A model generated the notes under the pieces. It saw only the letters and a program-made list of their open reading frames with translations. It did no database searches and was not told the origin of the DNA. A stretch of DNA of 64,000 bases from Mobula hypostoma (lineage: Eukaryota). This document shows positions 36,791-50,650 of this stretch, piece by piece; the first letter of the stretch is position 1; each line of letters begins with the position of its first letter. The stretch lies in assembly GCF_963921235.1 (NCBI RefSeq), contig NC_086108.1, positions 39,930,001 to 39,994,000 on the forward strand, in the 5' to 3' direction. The position numbers and the translations under genes were made by a program.

Positions 36791-38529
36791 TCTTAGAGCA
36801 ATACCACATTGTAATGATCCTAGTCCAAACTATTTCACTGGTCCAATAATTTTAACCAATATTAATGGGTTAAATGGGTTCACCTAGGGCAATCAATTCA
36901 ATTTACATGGATTAATTCAAATCAATGACAGGAATGACTTTCACAAATTAGTTGTTTTTGAGCAGAGAACATCACAGTGAATTCTGAATGATTTTTGAAA
37001 ATTTAATGCAGAGAAATTTGTGTCTAATATATATCCTAATCTATTTTTCTGAAATTAGTAAAAATTGAACCGAATACATCTTAATCAGAAAATGAAGGTG
37101 TCTTGTTAATTGATACTGTAATTTTTCTCCTCACTTTATCTGATGATGAGGGGCAGACAGTACTTAAGCACTAATGCCTTTAAAGCTTACTATTTTACAA
37201 TCCCAGTGTGGTTCTTCCTGACCTACGTAGTACTAATGTTATTGCAAACCAGTGTTGGAATTATCAAACGCAGTGTTTCGTTTTAAGTAGATCTGCGCTA
37301 CCGCATCGTCACTACTTTGTTAATGAATAGGTGTTCCAGATGATCAAGAAGGTATATCACAAGACTGGCAAAGGCTAAGGTGAATTGTGTCATAAAATCA
37401 TTGATACACAAATATCATCTAATTCAGTTATGACAATAGTTTCTTTGTTGATGGTTAGGTTCTTGCATACAGTGTTGTACAATGAGACTTCATTGTCAGC
37501 AATGGGTATGATTTATGCACTTGCCATCATTATCCCTGTCCTTTATGTTGCCTTGATGCAGGCCTATTTGTAGCATATTATACCAAACTGGGATTATCTC
37601 CCTGCTGCAAGGGACGATTTAAATTCAGGCTTACACTTTTTCTCTTGAGAAGTTAAAGACTAGAATGACTGCTCAACATATTAAAAGTGAAATTCAAAAA
37701 CTAGAAGGTGAAAGCTTGTAATAATGATTTGTGAAAGTAAGCTGGTAACTTTATAGCATTGGGATAGATCATCACACCATCATCTTTAATTTAGCTGTCA
37801 GGATTATTTGGGAGTTACCTAGAAAGGAAGCACTTTGGCACTGTAGGGTTTGCTTTACTGTGTGCTGAAGTCTGACATGTGTCAGCAAAGCAGGACAGTA
37901 ATGAAAATCTGGGTACAATTAAAAGACTTGTATCCCAATGGAGTATGGAGAAAAGACTTAAATCTACTTGGTTGCATTCAATCTATAGGTAACAAAATAT
38001 ATAATTGAGTGGTCTTTCCAGTTCAACTCAAAATGCTTTTTCTCCAGCAACATAAATATCTTTTTAGTTATTTAGTGTATGTGTGATGATTTTCACACCA
38101 GTGATAACCATTGCAAATCTGAGCTTGGGTATCCAAAGGAAATTGCAAGGCTTATAATTTTCTTTAGATTTCTGAGATCAGGTTTTCAAATGGAGGCACA
38201 ATTGGCTTTTCCAGCAGGCAGCCTGTAATAAATTGAAAGTTAGGTATGAGAGGATGATGTTGTTGCACTAGCAGTGCAAGATGGCCCTTACATTAATGGA
38301 GTCAGTGAGAGACAGCTCTTGTATTCCAGCAGTCAAAGGATGAGCAGCCAATTTCTTTCTCTAGCAATTAACTAATTTATTGTTCAAACATTAACAGTCC
38401 AGAAATTTGTATTATTTCATACCACAATGAATCGCAAGTTAAACGTCAACATACATTTTAATGAAATACTTTACTTCCTCATGTAACCACGAAGTATTTT
38501 GCCATGTGAAAATGACTAAACTATGTATT

Positions 38530-38800
38530 CTTGTGATTGTAAATGAGGGGTGAATATAGACCAAAGCACCAGGAACAGCTTCTCTGTTGCTCTTTACATT
38601 TGAGCTGTGAAGGTTTCATTCACATCACCTGAGTGGGTTTGTAGAACTTTAGTCTTAACATGTTACCAGAAAAAAAAATGCCTCCTCCCAAAAATACCGA
38701 AACCCGTTGGAGAGTTGACCCAGACTTGTGCTTAAGACTACAGCAAGAGACTTAAATTTATAATCTTCTGACTCAGGCATGTGTACAGATGATACAGCCT
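38530..38800 (-). mobile_element. Deu-domain SINE (AmnSINE1/SacSINE1-like), old
   Basis: Colinear decayed match to a recalled Deu-domain consensus (gaggggtgaatatagaccaaagcacc...cacctgag...tgtgcttaagact...cttctgactcag). Confidence 0.55.
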
Positions 38801-41800
38801 TTCACCTGTTCTTACCTATTTTTCTTTGGATGAAATCATCAGCTGGCAGCATTCATGATCAGTGGTAATTAGACTTTTCCCTGTAGCCCGCACTCAAATT
38901 TTGGAACAAATGTGGGGCAGAAGTGAAGACTATTGAGTGGAAATAAGGTTTCTGGGGCAGATGGTACTGCAGGGATTAGGAAAACTATTGTGCTGAAAAG
39001 CAGAAGTTTAAAACGATGCATCTGCTTTACCATAAACTTCAAACTGTAACTGACCAACTGCTGAGCAAAAATATAGAATCCACACTGTCTCTTTGCAGGC
39101 AGTTGAAACCATTAGTCTGTTGATTAAAAAGAGGTACCTTTCAGAATCCTGAGGGATTAGGAAAGAATTTATTTTTATTTCTTGTAATAACAGAAGTGTG
39201 TAAATTTGGAATTCCTAGATGTGGCCTTTTGATGGAAGATCATAGGCTGAGGATTAAGGTAACTTTATCCAGTGTTTGTGATTATGGTTTATCTGTGTTT
39301 TGTTAATGGGAGTCCTGCAAATTTGTATATTTTATTTTCCTAGCCAGCATTTTCCTAAAACAATGTTTTGTAATCCTCATGTATTTAAGGAAGGGAGCTG
39401 GAAGGCATGTCTTTTTGAGGGCCTGTGAGGTTGATGATGTCTTTGTGAGAAAGGGAATCAGTAATTATTTGACTATTGATGTGTTGCTATTCAGTTGTAA
39501 AATTCTGACAGTAGCTGGAGATTCAGATTATTGACACTTGACTCAACTGTGTCGAGCTATCCTCCTTACACAACAGTAGTCTTCTTTTGCCATCTAGATT
39601 AGGAGGTTGAGAGGAATAAATGAAACAAAGATGATTGATTACAGGAAATCATTTAAAAGAACGACAGTGAGGAGGAAGTCTTTAAGGACCTGCAAGGTTG
39701 CAGAATAGGAAGAATGGATTCTGGTCTAAAAACAAGGCAAGGAGGCAAAGGAAACAAGTAAGGACCTGAAGTCACTGAGGTGAGAGAATATAGACAAGAA
39801 ATTAAAAGGTTTTGCTGATGATCATAGCACAGAAATGGACATGGGATTCTCAGATGACTTGACACAGGATAAGATTTAATTATCTAGGGTCAGGAAATCT
39901 GAAAGGAAAGGATTTGGAGAACCTAATGAGGAGATGTTTGAGCTCAGTCCCTGCTGCAGCAACAGAGCTTAGCTTTTGCAGAACGATAAAGGACAGGTTC
40001 TCTGCCAGACCTGTGGAGGAAATTGTAGAGAGCATGTATGAAGTAAAAGGGTGAAGTGGATTCCATGGAATAAAATGGAGAAACATTGAAGATTGTAAAA
40101 ATTATTCACAATCACAAGTCCAAAATGTCAAAGGAGAAAAGGACCACCACACGGCATCTGGAGTAGATGGAGCCCTACATGCTAACAGCCTCCCCATTCT
40201 TTTTGTTACATTGTCCCTCCCTAAGCAATATCTGCAAGTCTTTATTTCCCCTCTGTTTGTTGTCAGTGTTATGAGTGCAGGAATCTCGTCCGTGTCACAA
40301 AGGTGCAATTATGTATAGTCCAGGAGACGATTCGTTTATCACTGGACAATCGTGCTTGCCCTGTAGATGAAATATATCTTCGATTCCAATGAAGAAAGCT
40401 AAAATGATATAATGTCTGTTTTATCTCTTGTGCCATAGGTATTTCCCAACTGGTGGTAATGTTTTAAGTACACAAAACATGATAGCAAAAAAGTATCATT
40501 TAATAATATGCAGACATATGGTGCTTTGGAAAAGAGAGCGCAATCTTTGTGAAGTATGCTGGCACTTTAATAAGGTAACGGCTTTTGACAAAGTAGAACA
40601 TTCTGTCCCAATACTTGTGCTTATTACCAGAATGTCACAGTGATAATGAAGTGCAAATGGGTTTAACTGCTGCATATGAAAGATTAATACAATTCCATAT
40701 CAGCTCCAGATTTTCACCACAATTGGGATAAATTCATGTGAACATTTCACAGTCAGATTAATGTATCTGATAACAAAGATTCAAAGCAAAAGACTGTTCT
40801 AATTCTACCAGTTTTGCCTTGCAAGTTCATTGACACCAAAGGGTAAGTTAGCAGTTTGATTATCCAGAAAATTGGGCCAAGAGCTAATTAATAGGTTAAC
40901 ATTGCAAGAAAGGCAATTGGGGCAGAACAACTTAATACCTCTCAATTTATGCACCCTTTTCCCATTTTACCTGCAGTTTAGTGATTTTGCTTTAGTATTG
41001 CTTTATTGAGATTTAAAGTGGCCAACCCTAATATATCAGACTTTTAATCATTCTTTAGTTTTACACCATGAAATCAACATTAGCTACTAATTTGTGCTTT
41101 TAAGAGATATGTGACATTCAGGTTATGTTAATAACTACTGCCTGAATTTTTAATACACAAAAAACAAGATAACGGATTAAGGCAAGAGTTTGATTTTTCG
41201 ACTGTTCTGTTGTGAATGGATCACCAGGAACTGAGTTACTGCATTTCACTCTTGACATTTAATCCATATATGAAAATCTTCTTAGAGTCCCATTATTTCT
41301 TGGAAAATAATTTTATGTGGAGAATGTTCCTGCACAATATTTTTGGATGCTAATTTTCCTCAAAACACTTCCAAAGATTTTTTACAGTGCCCTTACTAGA
41401 CTGAGCAGCCAGATCAGTTCTGTTTTTACCTGCCAAATGTTCAGATTTGGCTTTGGATGAACTATTAAAAAAGCATTGAGAATGAATTAATGAATAGCTC
41501 CAGGGGGCTCCTGGTGTCCCAGGCTCTTCCATGTAAATGTGATGTTCATTATATTAGCATATTCTGGTGGAATCTGCAGTCAGGTAAATAGTCAGTGCAG
41601 TGGGTTGATATGAATTGCAAATGTTGGGAAAACTGGACTGATCTGGGAAAAGTCACAAGTTGAAATGGTCAAATAATATTCATTGTAAATCTGCAATAAT
41701 GTACAATGAGTGTTTTCATTCTGTAATTATCATGAGTAGTGCCAGTTGTTTTACTTCTGAACATACACCTACTATTGAAATTGTGGTATTTGAAACATAA

Positions 41801-42899
41801 TGTGCCTTTATAATTATCAAGAGGAGAGTTACTTCGAAATATTAATCTTCAGATATAACCCTTTCTGTAGTTTGCTTGGGTAAATCACGTCCTTGTTAAT
41901 TTAAAAGAGAGTCTCCTGCAACAACACTGACAGCTCCTGTAGGATGCCCTGCAATGACTTCCAATGACATATTGTACCAGGGTGACATATTTAAGATGAT
42001 ATAAAGAGCAGGAGATAAACATGTCAACATCTAACATAGGTTAATGATAAACCGAGACACTGGCCCAGTTTAGGGGATGTTGCATCAAGACTCTTTCCAA
42101 AACAGCAGACTTAAGCAAAAATTCAATTGGAATGCCTTATAATGTGGGTCACAATGCCTTTTTGCAAGATGTAATTTAAAGGAAGTATTAATCTGCAGTT
42201 CTGAATTAATCAAATTTGCACAAAGAAAATTGTAATTCAGTAATTGCCGTGCAAAATAATATTTGAATCAATTTATTCCAGCAGTTATTCTGACTGGGTG
42301 CACATGACTGCAAGCTACAGGTGTGTCTGGATGGCATTGACAGCAAGAATCAATCCCGAGTGCCCATGAATAATTTAAAAAACAATGCAAATTTCAGCAC
42401 ACTTTCCAGCAGAGATTACCAGTGATGTTGTGTGCTCAGTGGTTCTTTTTTTGCTACTTCTGTGTTCTCAACATTGATACTTGCAAATTTGATGAATTAC
42501 TTTGTTTTCTAGTTTTTAATTTGAAAGTAACTAAAATTCATTCTTTTCAAAAAGAAAATTGTTGATCTACAAACAAAATCTGCGAATGTGCTTCAGAAAG
42601 TACTTCAATGGTGGTAAAAATGCTATTGGGTGCCAGGTGTGAACAGTATGTTTGTCTTTTATAGGCTTGATATTATGATAAATGATTTGCTTTAAAAATA
42701 TAATAAAGTTATTTATACTTTGTGTCAGCATTCTCTCCTAAATTGTTAATGGTTATGGTTCCAAGGGAGCCAAGCATCCAATTTGTCTTTTCCAAGTGAC
42801 TTTTCTTTACCTATGACATTAAAAGTGTGGATACACTATTTAACCCTGAAATGCATTTCCACTAATCTAACTTTCTTTTTGTATCCATACTTTGCAACT

Positions 42900-43100
42900 G
42901 GAGCGGAGTCTATGTTCTGATAGGGCAAACTCGGGCAACTATTCTCTCCTTGGCCAGGTGTACTGAGGGTAATTGCAGCACAACAGCTGATGTGATCAGT
43001 TAACTCAGCACAGGCTATCAATGGAATCTCAAGCAGTGTGCCTTTTGCTGACTTGATAGCACATCAGTGGAAGTGACTTGAGAAGGATCACCAAGGGAGT
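42900..43100 (-). mobile_element. LF-SINE-like relic
   Basis: ctgagggtaattgcagcac...gatcagttaactcagcacagg resembles a recalled LF-SINE-like consensus (ctgaggccaattgtagc...gatcagctaactcagcacagac). Confidence 0.45.
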
Positions 43101-45149
43101 CCCCCTGCTTGCTACCGTACGGAGCAACGAATCACCACGTAATTCATTGTGTCAGGAGGCCTGCTTTCAAGTGAAATCCATTTGTTCTTTTGGCTGAGGA
43201 AGAAACTCACCAAATGTCTAATTCTTGTACAAAATCTTGCATTGACAGTATCTCAAAGAATAGGGATTATTATTGTTCTAGGAATTGTTGATCATTGCAC
43301 AGGACTTTCACAGATGTTGTCCCAGTTGAAAACTTTTTACTTGAAAAGGCATGAATTGTTTTGTTGCACTTGGAAAACATATTCTTTTGTATTTATCCCA
43401 TGGGTCAAATCCCGATATTCCAGAAATATATTCCACAACAGTGATACGAGGTTCAACCATTCGCTAACCACATGTTGTTTCATGCATCATTTTTTAACTC
43501 ACAAAGTAATAGATTCACCAGGGATTTCAAACCTCTCTTTTTATTTCTGAACACCTGAATTGAGTCAAATGTTCAAAGAGTTTCATGAGCTTATTTTAAA
43601 CCTACAGCTTGTATTTATTTACATTTTAATTGAGGATAATAGCTGTTTGTACGACCATAAAATGGCACTATTATAATTTAAAACGAGCAATGATAATAGA
43701 CAGAATTTCAAATGTAAAGCAGGTCTGCACCACCCTTTTCCAGAAACTTGTTAAGCAACTGTACTCTTTGAAAAAAATGAAATGGAAAAGCCTTTGGAAA
43801 ATAAATGATCCCTTTTTAGCAATTCAGAAATGCATTTACAATATTAAAAGCTGAATAAAAATGTTAATGTAACCTTTTAAAATGCACTTCACTCACTTGC
43901 TCTAAATGATATTTAATACATAAATAATTGGCATAGAAATGACTTGCCTCCACATTCTAAGTTTTTTGTAGGTTTGACTTGTCCAATATATCTAGGCTGG
44001 GGGAAGTGTGAAAATTATTGCAGTAAAGTTAAATTTAAATTCAAGCCACTGTGCCTTCATTAACACTTTCAAAATCCTAGCTGTGGTTTCATTTCAAGTA
44101 ATCCTCTGTCATATTTTTAAAATACATATTTAATCTTCAGAATTATGGTATGCCTGTGAAATAGCCAACCTGTGTGTTTGTCCTTCCAAGAAACTGCTGC
44201 TGCCATTGTTAATGGACAAGTGTATGTATTTGAATAATATTCTGTTGCTAATTCAACACACTTCCAACACAGAGTCGAGTGTAGGAAGTGAGAAATTTAA
44301 ACTCTGGCAGCTTAAAAGATTTGGTTAGAATCAAAGAGTCTGGCATAAATTCTCAGTTAGAATCTACCCTTCCTCTAGGTCTTTATCCAGACCTGAAGGG
44401 AAAACTTTCAAAGACAACTAATGTGACATATTCAGACTTCAGGGAAAAGTTTGAATCAGTCTCTTTAAAAATGTAATGATACATGCAACATGCAGTCACG
44501 TCTGGATTCCTTTTGTGTTGCTGCTTGCTTAAGCAAATAGAAATATAAACAAAATATGCTGTTGATGCATTAACTCTCAGATGTCTGGGTAAAACAATGT
44601 ACCAAAACATCACCTGATTCACTTCATTTCTTCAAGCAATCCTGCAGATTGAGCAACCTAGCCTTTGAAAAGCTAATGATATAAAAGCAATTAAACATGA
44701 AATTTATAGAAATGATTATTTATATTAATATTTAATTCCACCATTCTATATGTTTTAAAATCTCTCATCCAATTTTTCATTAATTTTTTTTTCTGCAAGG
44801 TGCACCTAAACATCTCAGGTTTGTCCTATTAATTCCAGCACATTATTTCTCTAGATAAGGCACTGTACATAAACTTAGCTCACATTTTGCTCTGTAACGT
44901 TAGCTCAATTTAATTACTGTCAAATATATTTTATATTCTGAATTATAGACTTTCTGCTGTCACCTGTCTGTAATAACCAGTCCTCATAGAGCTTAACACA
45001 GTATAATAACTTGTAGCATAATTATATATTATTTTTGGTAAATAAAGTTGGTTGCATCCTGGAGATGTCCATCTCTAGGAAGTCTTTGTTTTCACAATGT
45101 CTTCCATCCTGACTTTGGTTCTATCCTGAGATATTTTAATTTCTCTACA

Positions 45150-46605
45150 ATTAACCGGGACACTCTCAGTGCCAGGGGCATGGTTGGGGCAGTATTTGTT
45201 AGATGTAGTCAGGACCGTTTCTTGAAACAATATGTTGGTAATCAGGCTAGGGAATGGGACCATTCTAGACCTAATATTAGGGAATGAGTCTGGCCAGTTG
45301 ATTGAAGTTTCTGTGGGAGAGGTTTCTGAGAACAATGACCATAATTTTATAAGATTGTTATGGATAAAGATAATATATCCTTGGGTGAAAGTGTTAAACT
45401 GGGGGGATTATAACTACATTAGACAGGAAATGAAGAAGGTAAATTGGGGCAGCAATTTGTGGGTAAATCCACATATGACATATCAGAACCTTTTGAAGAC
45501 TAATTGATTTGAATCGATTTGATTTCAGGACCAATGCATTCCTGTAAGGGTGAAAAAATAGGGAAGGCCAAGTAAGGGAACCCTGAATGACAAGAGATAT
45601 TGTAGCTTTAGTAGAAAAGAGAAAGGAAATGTATGAGGTTTAGGAAGCTGAAATCAGATATGTCAAATACTTGAGGACTTTAAGGTGAGAGAGGGAACAT
45701 TAAAAGCAGATTTGCTTGGCATTTTTATTTTGAATACAGAGAGTGGTAGGTTCTTGCAACACATGGGTTGGTGGATGGAAGCAGATACAATAATGCTTAA
45801 GAAGGATTTAACCAGACACAGGAATAGGAAAGAATAGAGTGACATGGCCCACTGCTGGCAAATGGGAATACTTTATTTAGGCATCATGGTGGGTGCACAC
45901 ATGTTCCTACGCTGTAGAATTGATGTTTCAATTTTTCATGTAACGGCCTTCAGAAGCACAAATTGATAGGATAGTTAAGATAGCAGTAGTGTTAGGGGAT
46001 TGGGTTCAAGAGCCTTGTGGTAATGTTGCAACTCTATAAACATCTGTTTTGACCACTCTTGTAGTATTGTGTTCTGTTCTAGTTGACTGATTATAGGAAG
46101 GATGTGGAAGTTTTACCAGGATGCTGCCTGGATTAGAGGACATGTCTTATGATGAAAGGTTGAGTGAGCTAGGGCTTTTCTCTTAGGAGCAAAGCAGGAT
46201 GAGAGACAACTTGATAGAGGTTTATACAATTCTGACAGGCATTGATACAGTGGACAGCTAAAGACTTTATCCCAGGACGGCATTGACTAATACCAGAGGA
46301 CACTGTTTTACAGTGACTAGGTGAAAGTTTAGGGGAGATGTCTGAGGTAGGAATTTTGAACAGAAAGTGTGAAGTGGCTGGAAGTGCACTCTGAGGGTGG
46401 TGGTAGAGGTTGATACATTAAGGACATTTAAGAGACATGTAATAATTGCTTCAGTATTAATTGGTGCTGAAATGTACACATGCTTGTTAGATAGGTACCT
46501 GGATGTAAGAAAAATAGAATCTTATGGGCTATGTAGGATGGAAGGGCTAGTTTGACCTTAGAGTAGGCCATAGGCCAGGGGTCCTGTACTGTCTCTGTTC
46601 TGTTT
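45150..46605 (+). mobile_element. Cluster of CR1 fragments
   Basis: ORF 45232-45507 (ILDLILGNESGQLIEVSVGE); two CR1 3' ends near 45920 and 46600. Confidence 0.75.
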
Positions 46606-47155
46606 TAAATCCAAGGGACAGGCATCCAGTGCAACGGGGCATTAACAACGCATCCAGCTCAAGCTGTATTAGAATCTTAAAAACACTGAGCTCTACTCCA
46701 GCACTTGACCATTCTCAGTCTCTCATATCAGGCCTCATGTACATCACCTCACTGCTAGGCCTTGCCCAAGCCAATTGCTCCTCATTGGTTTTCTGAACAT
46801 CTCACGTGGCATAGCTGCTTTCATGAAGCCACTGTGAACTGGTACTCTCACTCCTCAAGTAGATGGCAGGCAACTTCTCTGAAATTCCTACCTTTAAGGT
46901 TTCTGAATGTACCAAGTTTTGTTAATGTGACGTCTTTGACATGGATGTTCATAAAATATTGTCTTCCTCTAGACCAGGATTTGTAATATCCGAATTGCCT
47001 TATCATGGTCTAATTCTCTGAACAGCATTTTTCTTTGCTTTGAGCATCTGTTTCCAACCCCATTGACAACACAGGTAGTTTAATTATTTCAGTCTTCTGC
47101 CCTCATTGCGTGCTCCCATACCTACTTCAATATTGATTGTTGATGGAGAATACAT

Positions 47156-48538
47156 CAGGATATATACATCCCAAAGAGGAAGAAGTATTCTAAAGGCAAG
47201 ATGACACAACCATGGCTAACAAAGGAAATCAAAGCCAACATAAAAGTCAAAGAGAAGGGCATACAATAGAACAAAAATTAGTGGGAAGTTAGGAAATTGG
47301 GAAGCTTTTTAATACCAACCGAAGGCAACTAAAAAAGTCATTAAAAAGGTAAAGATGGGATATGAAAGTAAGGTAGCCAATAATATTAGGGAGGATGTCA
47401 AAAGTTTCTTCAGGTACATAAAGTGTAAAAGAGAGGAAAGTGTGGATATTGGACCACCGGAAAACAATGATGGAGAGGTGGTAATGGGGCACAAGGAAAT
47501 GACTGAAAAACTGAGTAAGTTTTTTGCCACAGTCTTCACTGTGGAAGACACTAGCAGTATGGTGGACGTTCCAGATGTCAGGGGTCATGAAGACTGTGAA
47601 GTTACCATTACTAGAGAGAAGGTTGTTTTGAAACTGTAAGGTCTGAAGTTAGATAAGTCACCTGGACCAGATAGACTATACCCCAGGATTCTGAAGGAGG
47701 TGGCTGAAGAGATTATGGAGGTTCTTTCAAGAATCACTAGATTTTGGAATGGTTTCAGAAGACTGGAAAATTGCAAGTGACACTCCACTCTTCAAGAAGG
47801 GAGAGAGGCAGAAGAAAGGAAATTATAGGCCAGTTAGTCTGACCTCAGTGGTTGGGAAGATGTTGGAATCGATTGTTAAGGATGTAGTTCTGGGTACTTG
47901 GAGGCATTCATTTCAAGGGGACTAGACTATCAAAGCAAGGATATAATGTTGAGACTTTATAAAGCACTGGTGAGGCCTCACTTGGAGTATTGTGAGAACT
48001 TTTGGGCCCCTTATCTTTGAAAGGATGTGCAGAAACTGGAGAGGGTTCAAAAGATGTTCACGAAAATGATTCCAGGATTAAACAGCTTGTCATATGAAGA
48101 ACGTTTCATTGCTCTGGGTCTGTATTCACTGGAACTTTGTAGAATGAGAGGTAACCTAATTGAAACCTGTTGAATGCTGAAAATCTTTAATAGAGTGGAC
48201 GTGGAGAAGATGTTTCCTATGGTGGGAGTGTCTAACCCCAGAGGACACAGCCTCAAATTAGAGGGGCAACCTTTTAGAATGGAGTTTAAGAGGAATTTAT
48301 TTAGCCAGAGAGTGGTGAGTCTGTGGAATTCATTGCCACAGACAGCTATGGAGGCCAAGTTTTTATGAATATCTAAGGCAGCAGTTGATAGATTCTTGAT
48401 TGGTCAGGGTATGAACGGATATGGGGGGAAGGCAGGAGATTGAGGCTGAGAGAAAAAATGAATCACCTATGATGAAATGGAGGAGCAGACTCAATGGGCC
48501 AAATGGCCTAATTCTGCTTCTTTATCTTATGATCTTAT
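47156..48538 (+). mobile_element. CR1 LINE with the RT core deleted
   Basis: YESKVANNIREDVKSFFRYIK, FATVFTVED, YRPVSLTS and FSQRVVSLWNSLP; TCTTATGATCTTAT tail; deletion junction near 47904. Confidence 0.9.
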
Positions 48539-49299
48539 ACACATACTTAGTCTTCATTCTCTGTATTCACTGCAGCTCCTCACAAAGAATGTCTGCACCT
48601 ACAATACCTCTGCTGTCACTCCCATCTCTGGGAACTGTCTGGCCCATATCCCTTTGCTCTCATCTTAGGTTGTTATTTCTCTTCCCTTTTTCCTGTGACC
48701 TCTCACTCTCCCAGTATATTGTAATCTTTCAATGTGTTTCTCCAAGGTATGATTGTTCAGTCTTGACACTGTCCTCAGCTAGTTGTACTTCAGCCATTGA
48801 GCTATGATATGCTCTTCTTCAAACCATAGCCCAGTGTGCTTTGAAATCCTCTCTGAACCATGGATCTGCTAGTGCAGACCCAGTTCATCTCAAATGCAGA
48901 TGACTTCTACCATTTTTATTGGTTATTAACTTCTTCAGTTATCTGTTCCCCTACCTAATGCGCTCTGCAGCACTTGGAAGCTTAAGTAGGCAGCCTGAGG
49001 CCAGTGGGCTCCCAAAACATCCGAGGTTCAGCCTCCCACATTTTGCACTTAGATAACCTACTGGTTTCCCACCAACCAGCCTGTAGTGATGGCATCATAG
49101 TCTCCTTTGATCTCCTTTTATTAGTTGTGAGGCAGAGCTCGCAGGAGAACTGGGAACCATGGATATTGTGCAAACCGAAGCTCAGCGCAGGTATGATGGA
49201 GAAATCACAGGCAGGATGCAGGCATTACTGCTTAGACAAAGACATGAGGGAAGCAGGGAACTTGCTCAGATACAGGTTGAAATTGAAACTTTTCCACGA

Positions 49300-50150
49300 T
49301 CAGGGATCACAGATTAGGCTAGGAAATGGGGTTGAGTTCTGGCTCACATGCACAGTCAGCACCTGCTACAGAAGGAAACTTTTCAAGAGTATGGAGCCAG
49401 AGTTGGACTACTTGGGCAGAAGATTGAAGATCAACTTAGGAGAGCAGATCACACATTAAACATGGTAGGGAGTTGGATGACAGATTGAAGATGGGAATTG
49501 CACAGATTATTAAACGATGTCCTGGTCGAAACTGGACTTGCGATTGGTAGTCAGGATCAGATAGAAGCTGGTGGTCAGAATGGGATGGCAGGTTTGGAAT
49601 TAATACACAACTTTGGATTGGAGGTTTGGCGCATAAAAGTTACTGGATCTGGCTTGGGCAGTGAATACGTGGCTGGAGAATGAAAGTCAGGGATTGAAGG
49701 CCAGGTTCAGATGGGGATTGCAGTCCGCTTGGATGTGGGATCAAAGGTCAAACTCAGATTCTGAATTGCTGGGAGTGCTTGCAAAATAGGTCAGAGGATA
49801 TCAAATTTCAGGCTCCACTAAAGGAATGGAGCTATGATTTGGAAAGGATATTCCATAGGGGGCTTGCATACTGGATGGGAGATCGGATGGGTGGAGGCAG
49901 CTAGGGGTTTGGACGTCAGGGTGTGTCGTGATTTCAGACATCAGATGGACAGATATTTTGGAGGCTTTGCTCAGTGAGAAGGGGATTGACTTTCAGAGTT
50001 TGGGGTTATTGGCTAGGGAAGTGCTTGTCAATCAAAGATAGCCATTGATGTTGGTCATCGACGCTAATGTGCCAACAGGAAGCCTGGTGGAGGGGTAGAT
50101 GATGGCAGAGTCATCTCCATGTAAAGGAAGGAGAACAATGCTACCTTGAT
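49300..50150 (-). mobile_element. Possible very old L2-like LINE remnant
   Basis: Purine-skewed segment with faint RT-like sequence near 50000-50130; weak. Confidence 0.25.
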
Positions 50151-50194
50151 CTCTCTAGTGGAGCCCTGGTTATTTCACAAGCTTCAACGTGAGA

Positions 50195-50650
50195 TAAAAT
50201 TTTTGCGAGTTTGTATAGCCATTTGGTGGAGATCATTCTGACTGGTTGCATCACCACCTGGTATGAAGCCTCCAATTCACAGAATCACAGGAGTGTGTAG
50301 ACTCCGCCAGTTCCGTCATGGGCACCGCCCTCTCTACCGTCGAGGACATCTTCGTGACACAGTGCCTCAAGAAGGTGGCATCCATCATTAAATACCCTCA
50401 GCACCTGGGACTTGCCCTCTTTTCATTGCTGCCATTGAGGAAGAGGTATACGACTCATTCAAAAAGAGCTGCTTCTCCTCCATCACATTTTTGAATGGTC
50501 CATGAACACTACTGTGTTACTCCTTTTATTGTTTGAACTATTTATTTATTTTGTAATTTATAGTAATTTTATATCTTTGCACTGTACTGCTGCTGCAAAA
50601 ACAAGTTCAACATCATTACAAGAAAGTGGTAATAAACCTGTTTCTGAAAT
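50195..50650 (+). mobile_element. Rex1/Babar 3' fragment
   Basis: attctgactggttgcatcaccacctggtatg...aataaacctgtttctga, homologous to other Rex1 3' ends in the window. Confidence 0.75.
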
